Positions 37,506 to 47,417 of a DNA stretch of 64,000 nucleotides are shown here, piece after piece (the stretch's first letter is position 1; each line of letters begins with the position of its first letter). This stretch comes from Vitrella brassicaformis CCMP3155 (taxonomy: Eukaryota; Protista; Chromerida). The translations under genes and the position numbers were made by a program. The stretch spans positions 1 to 64,000 of the forward strand of contig CDMY01000358.1 in assembly GCA_001179505.1 (NCBI GenBank). The letters run 5' to 3'. The notes below the pieces were generated by a model, which saw only the letters and a program-made list of their open reading frames with translations, did not search any database and was not told the origin of the DNA.

Positions 37506-37770
37506 ATGGGCTACATCTCCAAATTGTACGAGAACGGCAGCTGGTCCCCCACATGCAGCACCACGGCTGGTTCTGGCTGGTTCTGGCTCCCCCACCTCCT
37601 CTCTCGACAGCTACAGCTCCTACGAGGCGCAGCGCAACTGGGAGCTCCACCAGCAGCAGCTGGCGCAGCAGCGCCGCCAGGAAGAGGAGCATCAGCGTCG
37701 TCTTCGCGAGGAGGCCGAGCGGCAGCGCCAGATGCGTGAGAGGCACTACACCCGCTGCATCGGAGGCTAG
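37506..37770 (+). pseudogene. Small intronless ORF (about 84 aa, Q/E/R-rich helix) frameshifted by a 10-nt tandem duplication
   Basis: Removing one copy of GCTGGTTCTG (37566-37585) gives one ORF: MGYISKLYENGSWSPTCSTTAGSGSPTSSLDSYSSYEAQRNWELHQQQLAQQRRQEEEHQRRLREEAERQRQMRERHYTRCIGG-stop. Confidence 0.45.
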
Positions 37771-38025
37771 CTCAACACGGGCGGGGCGATCATCCACCAT
37801 ACATGCCGACCGGGGAGAGGAGACGACACAAGCAAAAGAGACAAATGGGAAGATCAGATCGGTTGGGGTGTGTGTTTCTGGCTACGTGAGTATGGCTACA
37901 TGAGTATGCGATCATGGGGTGAGTGATGAAGGATGAAGGTGTGTATGTTTCCGGGCTGGTTTGATGGGATGGACCGATTTTTCATGACACACAGCAGTGC
38001 AGTGGGATGGGGGGGGGGGGGGGGG

Positions 38026-38325
38026 NNNNNNNNNNNNNNNNNNNNNNNNNNNNNNNNNNNNNNNNNNNNNNNNNNNNNNNNNNNNNNNNNNNNNNNNNNN
38101 NNNNNNNNNNNNNNNNNNNNNNNNNNNNNNNNNNNNNNNNNNNNNNNNNNNNNNNNNNNNNNNNNNNNNNNNNNNNNNNNNNNNNNNNNNNNNNNNNNNN
38201 NNNNNNNNNNNNNNNNNNNNNNNNNNNNNNNNNNNNNNNNNNNNNNNNNNNNNNNNNNNNNNNNNNNNNNNNNNNNNNNNNNNNNNNNNNNNNNNNNNNN
38301 NNNNNNNNNNNNNNNNNNNNNNNNN
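38026..38325. other. Assembly gap (300 N)
   Basis: N run flanked by G homopolymers. Confidence 0.99.
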
Positions 38326-40295
38326 GGGGGGGAAGACATACATGGGCTCTGTGCATTGTTGCTTTCTCGAGGGTGTGCTCCCCTCTTGTTGGTATGGGGG
38401 CCGAGATGTGTGTCGAGACGTCTTTCTTGTGTGACTGACACCTTCGCTTCTCTGTTTGCTTGATTCCTTGTCCGTGTGTGCGTATTCATTGGTGGATGAG
38501 TGGACCAACGAACGAACGAACGAATGAATCAAGGGATGGATCACTGAATGCAGTGGAATGGAATGGAAGAGTGAGTATAATCGATTGCATTGCATTGCAT
38601 TGCTGGACACACGTACGGGACGGTACAGCCGTATGTACACACACGCAGGCAGACACACAGATAGATGATGACAAGCGCGCCACTCCATAGACAGATAGGC
38701 TGTCCCCCAAGGCAGGCTAGACCACACCACACCACATCACACCACACAGAGTCCATCACCACGCATCTTTGACACACACGTGGCAAAGCTATGTCTGTCC
38801 TGCCTGTCTGTCTGGGGCAGCTCGCCAGATGGTTGCAACGGTCTATGTCGGTTGGTCTGTCTGTGGGGCAGCCAACCAGGCTGGCTACCCCACAGCACAC
38901 CCACGCAGACACTCACACGTCGATGTAGAGAAAGATATAGATATACATCCCCCACTCTCACACATCGTCGCCACGGCCAACGAAGAAACGGCGGAAGGGG
39001 ATGGCCGATCTCAGCGCCATGCGACGGCCACCGCACCACCCCTCAGGTCATCCACCACCCGTGCCGCTGCAGCTCTGCCTCCAGAACGGCGATGAGGCCA
39101 ATGCGGCATTGCTTTGCCGCTATCAGGATGACGAAGCCGCCGATCCGAGTGCGGTTGGGCACCAGCTGCCAGAGAGCGTTGCGGAGCTGGCTGTCACCAC
39201 GACACCCTCCAGGCCGCGCACGCCGCCGCCAAGCAGAGAAGAGATGCCGTCCCGGATGCTCACGGCAACGGCAGGGATGTCCTCCAAACCATCGGGTGGT
39301 ACTGAGTGAACACACACAGATACACGGCAGCAAGCAATGCACACACACGAGGCATCCATCAATCGGCCGGCAGGCCACTGCACTCACTGCATACCTTTGA
39401 GGCACACGTCTATCTTGCGAATCTCTGCAGCCGTCAAACACACTCGGGCTGAGGGCTGAACACCTCCGGATCGCTGCAGCTGCCGACGGCGACCAGAGAC
39501 ACACCCCCTTCTGTCGGTCGATAGGCCGCCGAAGCGTACCGCCCTCACGTCGTGGGCATCTTGTCCGGAAGACGACCAGTGCAGTGCATCGCCGGAGGCT
39601 GCCCGTGGTGTGGCCAGCTGATCAGCCCATTCCCATCTGCCGGCACGTCGAGCACCTGGGCGACGGACTCACACTCACACTCGAACCGGCACCAGCAGAA
39701 CCACCAAGACACACCTGACACACGGCACACAACACAGCACAACAGATGGATGTACAGTACACGTAACCAGAAAGGATGAGTGTTGTGTGGACATTGTATG
39801 ATCGTACAGCCCTCTCTCAATGCATTGCGTGGGTGGAGTGACGGATGGACAAGGATTCACCATTCAACCAACTGAGAAGGACGGAATCCTCCTGAGGCCG
39901 CAAACAAGACTGCCGATCCGGACGACACGACAGCGTAGCAATGAATCCGTGGATCAATGAATACGTCCACTGGTTATCAAACCATCACACAAGTGGTTCC
40001 TCGCATTCACAGTCAGTCAGTCAGTCAAGAAATGTCTCTCTCCTCTCCACTCAACACACGTGCTGCCTGTCTGTCTGTCACGCACATGTCCGTCCGTAAT
40101 TCACCCACCACACATATCATATCGACACAGAAGGACACGATTCGTAGACCAAACCACTGCATGCCATGGCATGCAGTGAGTGCACCGGCCGGCATGCGCG
40201 TACCGTCTTAGCTGTCCAATGCAATGGTGGGTGGTCAATGCAATCAATGGTGGGTGGTCCGACCCGACTCGACCCCACTCACACGCGTGTACGAC

Positions 40296-42019
40296 TCAAA
40301 TGCCCCCGGGGGGAAGTACTTTGAACACGGCCTTGGCCTGCATACACACACATACCGACACACCAGTTGTGTTACACACGGCTGGCTGCACGCCCACACC
40401 GTACGTACCCCATCCCATCCACCCCACCCACCCGTAGTGCGTCAAGCGGGACGAATCCGTAGTTGTGGCTGTCGATGCTCTCATTCATATTGTCTCCAAG
40501 CAGAAACACACAGCCATTGGGGACGACCTCAGGGCCAAAGCTATACATTGGTGGTGACGACGACATCATCTTGTACCGCCCCCGCACATCCACACCGTTC
40601 ACAAGCACCCCATCCGGCGAAATCGCAACGGTGTCGCCCTGTCCAAACAAACAGGCAGGCAGGCAGGACACAAACACACATTTCACGCATGTCTATCTGC
40701 GTCCATGCCTCTCCCCCCACGCAGGTGTGTGCATGAGAGCCCATGAGGGTCACCTCCTTAGCGATGATGCGTCTGAATGCGATGGCCCTGCCGCCCGCCA
40801 GCCGCCAGATCTCGTCGTCTCTGCTCGGGTCGCCAGTGGCAGCAATCTGACGCTTCACATATTGCTGACACGGACACAAGAAACACAAAACAGATAGTTC
40901 ATGTCTTTTGGCACTTGTTGGTTGTACACGCACGCACCTTTACGAAATCTGGTTGTGACATCTCAACCACGTCCCCGACTTGGAAGGCGTCCCTGGAATA
41001 ACCGCAACCAAAGTTTACCACCAAGCCTCTTGGTGTGATTGCTGGCTCTCTGCCTTACTGTTTGATGAGCTTGTTGACCACGACCAGGGACTGCGATTCA
41101 AGGACCGGCTGCATGCTCTGGGATGCGTTGATAACCGTGTCAAAAACAAAGAAGCGCAGCAGTAGGATGGGCAGGACGACTATGCCGATGGCCAGGGCGT
41201 CCCACTTGCCGCTCGTCAGCTCCTTCAGTGCCTTTGCCACACCAGTCGGCTCGCTCTGCACATACACACATACAGAAGAGACAGGCAGGCAGGCAGGCAG
41301 GCCGCCACTCAGACGGACTACATATGTCTGCAGTGCATGTCAGGGAACCCTGGGTGGGTACCTACCTGTTGTTGCATCCTGCGCGCCTCCTCTTCTTGCT
41401 TCCTTCTCCTGACGAACTCGGCGATCATGCTGTCGCTGGGAGCCGAAGACAGGTCGTCGTTGTCTAACCCGGGGATAACAACCACCTTGTCCCCATTCAC
41501 ACCACCCTGATAGACCCACCAGCACACGGCCACACGGCACGACACGATCAATCATCAGCTTGTGCAGTGTGTCGTGATGGCACCCATCCCACCCACCCAC
41601 CCACCCACCTGTTTCTTGGCTTCCCGCGGTATCACCATCAGCTCTCCGCCAGGCTGCCGGGATGCTCTGTCAGTGGGCTGAGCTGGCGCCTGGGCTCGCT
41701 CCTCAAGGCCCTCAATCACCCGCAAGCCCAGCTCTTTCATCTGGTCACGTGCCGCAGTGTTGTCATCGAACCGCCCACTCTGGATCTGCTGAATGAGACT
41801 CTCGCTCCTGACCTCGTCACCCTCATCCTTCGGAGCCGATGCCTTGCCATCCGCCTGCATGTGCAGAGATCTGTGAAGCCTTCGCCGCCTGACATGCAGC
41901 GGCTGCCAATGGTGATGCCACAATGATGGAGCAGGGCCGACAAATGCTGACGAGATGAGGGCGGCGTGCACTGCAATCCCCATGGTGAACAAAGAAGAGA
42001 TCAGGACGCTTCGCTGCAT
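40296..42019 (-). CDS. Signal peptidase I (S26; thylakoid processing peptidase-like) with bipartite plastid presequence
   Basis: Transmembrane segment then NASQSMQPVL (box B Ser), VGDVVEMSQP (box C), AFRRIIAKE|GDTV (box D) and VFLLGDNMNESIDSHNYGFVP (box E). N-terminus MQRSVLISSLFTMGIAVHAALISSAFVGPAP...RRRRLHRS. Confidence 0.85.
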
Positions 42020-42026
42020 TCTTGTA

Positions 42027-42039
42027 AGCTAAGCTCGCA
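42027..42039 (-). promoter_or_regulatory. Candidate core-promoter motif TGCGAGCTTAGCT in the 89-bp bidirectional SPase/RPL26 interval
   Basis: Lies 8 nt upstream of the SPase ATG; identical to the motif at 37237-37249. Confidence 0.45.
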
Positions 42040-42108
42040 GAACGTTCCGTGAAACCGCTCGTCCCTCGAAAGCTCGCACCTCAAGATCTGCCGTCGTTTG
42101 GAAGAACG

Positions 42109-43120
42109 ATGAAGTTCTCGACGACTGTGAGCTCAGACCGGCGAAAATCGCGTAAGGCTCACTTCCAGGCCTCCTCGTCGGAGCGCCGGAAGATCATGTC
42201 GGCGCCGCTCAGCAAGGACCTCCGCACCAAATACAACGTACGTACACACAAGACACACAAGGGGGGAGGGGTGGCAGGCGTCGTGTCACTGACGGGAGAG
42301 ATCTGTCCTCGCCTATATCGGTATGTACTGGCACTTGTGTTGTGTGGGTGCAGGTGCGGAGTCTGCCCATCCGTAAGGATGACGAGGTCATGATAGTGCG
42401 AGGCCACTGCCACGACCGTGAGGGCAAGGTCACCCAGGTGTACCGCAAGAAGTGGGTCATCCACGTCGAGCGAGTCACACGCGACAAGGCCAACGGTACA
42501 GACAGACAGACACCCAAACAGCCCATCCCCCCCCCCCCCCCCCNNNNNNNNNNNNNNNNNNNNNNNNNNNNNNNNNNNNNNNNNNNNNNNNNNNNNNNNN
42601 NNNNNNNNNNNNNNNNNNNNNNNNNNNNNNNNNNNNNNNNNNNNNNNNNNNNNNNNNNNNNNNNNNNNNNNNNNNNNNNNNNNNNNNNNNNNNNNNNNNN
42701 NNNNNNNNNNNNNNNNNNNNNNNNNNNNNNNNNNNNNNNNNNNNNNNNNNNNNNNNNNNNNNNNNNNNNNNNNNNNNNNNNNNNNNNNNNNNNNNNNNNN
42801 NNNNNNNNNNNNNNNNNNNNNNNNNNNNNNNNNNNNNNNNNNNCCCCCCCCCCCCCCCCCCCCCCCCACACACACACACGCGGCGTCGGTTCGGTTGGCT
42901 CACTGGGTGTCCTGTCTGTCTGTCTGTCTGTCTGTCTGTGTCGGCACGTGTGCGTGACCGACCAGGTTCGAGTGTGCCGATCGGTATTCACCCTTCAAAG
43001 GTGGTCATCACGAAGCTGAAGCTGGACAAGGACCGCAAGGCGCTGCTGGACCGCAAGAACCGGGAGACCAGGAAGGGCGGCAAATACGACAGGGACGTGC
43101 ACATGTCCAGAGTCGATTGA
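42109..43120 (+). CDS. RPL26: 60S ribosomal protein L26 (uL24)
   Basis: [44 protein letters not shown]|[16 protein letters not shown]...[17 protein letters not shown]|[30 protein letters not shown]. Three exons; a gap lies in intron 2. Confidence 0.98.
42544..42843. other. Assembly gap (300 N) in RPL26 intron 2
   Basis: N run flanked by C homopolymers. Confidence 0.99.
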
Positions 43121-43731
43121 GGAGACAGACAAGACACACAGGGTGGCACAACGGTGCTTGCCTGGTTCTGTGTCGTGCGTTCTGCTCGTGGGCCGGGCCG
43201 CAGCCTTTGTGGCTGGCTGTCTGCTGATGGATGGGAGTGAGTGATGCGCTGAATGACTGGATGCGTGTAAGACATGGATGCGCCTTGTGTGTTGACTGAC
43301 GATGGACAGACAAATTTCCCCCTTTAACAGCTAGCATGCCATACATGTCAGTCACGACCCGCCCAGAGAGTGAGATAGTGAGGGAGGGCTGCTCGACCAG
43401 GCTGCTCCACAGGTAAGCCTACCGCTCCTGTCTATCCTATCCATCCATGTCAAAAGATAGATGATTCATCCATGTACAAATCGGATCGGATGCAGTCAAC
43501 CATGAGTTCGCCCATCAGCCACGTCCATCCGAATGCATGCCCTTATCTACACATCCACGAATTCCATCCAAGTGTCTGCCTGCCTGCCTGCCTGTCTGCA
43601 CACCCCTCATCTAGCCCCTCGCCAACCCCCGTCAGTCAGCCAGCCAGCCAGCCAGCCAGCGGCAGTATGTATGGCTACTATCTATCTACGAGTCCAGATC
43701 AGATTGCCACCCGCTGCCTGTCCCTCCCCCG

Positions 43732-44335
43732 TCACCCGTCAATGTGCATGTCGTCCCCCTCCTCCTCTTTGATCTCCACCTTGGGCTGCTTGGCGGACCG
43801 GTCCTCCTCCTCTAGGGGCTCGCTCTTCACATCCTGATTATTGATGGATGCCAACCAACACCACACAACGAACGACCCGTGTGGACAGGCGTGTCTCTCT
43901 TGTAGACGTGCTCAGAGAGATACATACATACATATGCATACTCTTTTGACGCCCTGCTGCAGCACGGGTCTGGCAGCCGTCAGGCTCTCAGGCGGCAGCT
44001 GCAGTGCACCACACGACACACACCAATCCATGCATGAGAAGTGGGTGGGTGGGTGTGCCTCCCTCCTCCCTCCTGTAGCCAGGTGTCTGCATGTAAGTTG
44101 TGTGGGGCGTCCGTACGTATTTGTGGACGTCCTCTATCATGTGTGTGGCCTCAGCCTTGAAGTCGATGGGGTCTGCGTTCTGTATGTAGCCCTTGGGACG
44201 CACTTCGCCTTGGTACAACTCGGGCTTGCAACGAAGAACCACCGTGTACTCCTGATGGATGGATGGATTGATATATCGACACACAAACGAGTGACGGGAC
44301 ACGACATACCACGATTGAAGATGCGAGTGCGTGTC

Positions 44336-44368
<33 letters not shown>

Positions 44369-47125
44369 GTGTATACCTCATAGGTGGCAGTTCCGAGTGC
44401 GCCAATGTGTTTGTCTATGTCCTCTGTCCTGCCCTCCTCCTCCAGCTTCTTGTACGTACTAGCCTCCATGCACAACAACTTCTCACCTTAATCAATCAAT
44501 AGACCGATGGATGGATGGACATACCGACACGCATACATACATACATACAAGACACCCCACCCGGGGGCAGTTTGATGTGTATGTAAGTCAGTATGGATGG
44601 CTGGCAGGCATGTGCCACCTACGTACGTACCGATTTCGTGTGTGATGGTGACGAGGCCGCTGTGGGTGGTGTCGTTGATGGACGCAGGGAAAATGAACCT
44701 GCACGTCACATACCATGCACGCCAAACAAGGGAGGGACGAGCTCTCTCTGGCGATTTGAATGAATGTGTCAAAGAAGGTGAGGTACTGTCTTACTTGGGT
44801 TCGGGGAGGACGGCCTTGTCACATGTGATGCAGCGATAGGCGGAGTTCTCCTCAACGCACTTCTTGCGACACGCAGGGCACGCCTGAAGGAAGGCACGCA
44901 CCAAACATACACCATAACACACACACACACAGGTGCATCCACCCGTCCCACACATGTGTGTCTCTCGTCGGTCTGTCTGTCTGTCTGTCTGCCCGTCCCT
45001 TAGGTCCGTCGTGCGTACCGTAGCGTACCATGTATGTGAGTGGTATCTGGTTGGACCCGCCCTCCTTCTTTTGCATCTCACGCCGGACCACAGCCAGACG
45101 GGCAAACGCGCGGTAATACGATAACTGCAGTAACCATGAAGGATGAATGGCGGGAGGGTGGGCGGGGGGGATGGATGGTTGTTAATGTGATGGAGCACAC
45201 ATGCAGAGGTCTGTCTGTCTGTCCTGCCTTGGTTCTCTCTCTCCAGGTGTAGGCAGGTACGTACCTGATCTACCTCCCAGGTGTCCTCCTCCTCCATTAT
45301 CTGCCGCAGCGTCTGCAACCACACACACACACACAGCACAGCACAGTACCAGCTGTGTGTACAGTGAGATGGTTAGCTTGCATGCTCACGGCGTCTTTGA
45401 TTTCCCTTCGTCTGCCCGTCCCGCCCTCCCCGCCCCCCGGACCAACCATCATGCCCGCATAACGGGCACTGCTACCGTGCTGAACACGCCATGACATGAC
45501 ACACACGCAGGGGGACAGGCACACACAGACAGACACCACACAATACATTACACACTAAAAGTTGGATTTGGCAGGCAGTCCCTAGTTGGCGTTGGTGGGC
45601 TGCCTGCCTGCCTGCCTGGCTGGCTGGCTGACTGACCTGTGTGTACCATTCCCTGAGTTGTTTGGCCTTTGGGTCATCGCAGCCCTCGTACACCACACGA
45701 CTGCTGCGCGTCGAACTACCGGACAACATACCTGCACACACACACACACGTATCCACCCAGGTGATTCGCCGGGATGTCTTTGTGGGGGGGTCGGTCGAT
45801 ATGGGTGCATTGCATTGCATTGCATGTAAGTGTGTGGGTGGGTGTGTGTGTGTGTGGGTGTCCTTCCTTCGTGGTGTGTGTGACCTTGGTATTCCTTCAT
45901 GAGTACGTCTTTGAAGGCCACGACAGGGTTGTTCTTGAGCTTCTCCTCCGACACCTCAGCCTACATGTAATCGTGGAAGCCAAGCCAACACACTTCCCAT
46001 ATATCCACACATGCACAGTGTACGTACGTATGTATATCCCTTCTCCTCCCCTCCCCAGGGTGGGTGTGCGGGTGTGTGTGTGTGTGTGTCGGGGGGCTGG
46101 AAGGGTTCCTCCCTCCCTCCCTCTAGGCCTACCTCTTTGCCGATCAGTGCGAGGTCGATTTGGTGTTCGCTGTCGTCGACGAGTGTGAGTGCACGTTTGG
46201 CGAGGGATATGGTCTTGTTATCGCGTGTGAATGTGATGGTCTCGGGCGGGCGGAAGGTCTTGACGACGGCTATCAGGTCCACGGGGAACGGACCGTTGTG
46301 CTTCTTGGCCTTGGCCCTGATCTCACGCAAATCCATAAACGAAAACCTGCACACAACACACACACCCATAAATGAGGACACACGGAGGCAAACATGCACG
46401 CGTATATGGGGAATGGGGGGGGATGCAAGGGTGCGGTGCGGGCGGCATCGTGCCCATCCATATGTGTGTGTGTGTGTGGCTCTAGGCCTAGAGGCAGGGT
46501 GGCTGGCTGGCTGACCGTGGTGCGGTAGAGATTCTCCTGTCATCGGTGCAGTGCTGGATGCTGGCGGCGCCGTCGAAGTGGATCTCATAGGCGTGCTGGG
46601 TCCTGTTGTAGCGCGAATTCGCTATCCGCACCGTGCCCTGGCTGAACGTGTACACCTGCACCGCATCCAGCATTGAGAGAGAGAACCACCTTTGACACAC
46701 GTAAGTACCCTCACCCCTTGCCACACCATCCCCCATCCATCCATCGACTCAGGTCTCCACCTCACCTCTCCCTCTACGATTTTGTCATGCCACTGCTCGG
46801 CAGCAGTGCCCCAGAACTGAGCCCTGATCTCGTCATCCTGCACACAACACATATAAGCACACACCGCACCGTATGCATATATCGCCTCTCCGGCGTTCTC
46901 TCAATCTACAGACGTCATGGATCCATCCATCCATCCATCCATGCGTACATCTTTGTCGATGAGTGTGACGCTGAAGACGGCGCCTTCGCCGACGGCGGGG
47001 GGTTTGCGTTTGAATCGGTTGAGCTCCGACTTCTGCGTCACGCGGGCCTTGATGGTCCACCGGGCGAAGTGGGTGCTCAACTCACGCACGGGGAAGTACT
47101 CAGTCGGATCCGCATCACCCGACAT
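43732..47125 (-). CDS. RPA1: Replication protein A large subunit (RPA70), apparently short form lacking the N-terminal 70N domain
   Basis: DBD-A: FPVRELSTHFARWTIKARVTQKS...FSVTLID...EIRAQFW...VYTFSQGTVRIAN. DBD-B: PVDLIAVV...KRALTLVDDS. DBD-C has a C4 zinc finger (ACPACRKKC...YRCITCDK). The 3' end is approximate. Confidence 0.9.
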
Positions 47126-47417
47126 CCCTCGCGGATGTCGCCTGAGCCCTCTGCGCGTGTGTTTGGTTCCATACAAACTCCAACTCCCAGAACCCTGGGC
47201 GTAAATTGACACGCACGATTCGTCAACTCAGTCTCATCCTACATCTACACCAAGCCACCCAGCTAGCTACATCACACACATGCCTCCTCCCTCGCCCGCT
47301 ACTAGCCCACCCAAGGCATTGCGAGCTGCACTACCCGACCGCCCGCCTCAGTCAGGTCACCTCACTCACTCCATGCTTCACTCATGACTTGAGTCGGTCG
47401 GCCAGCCAGCCAGTGGG

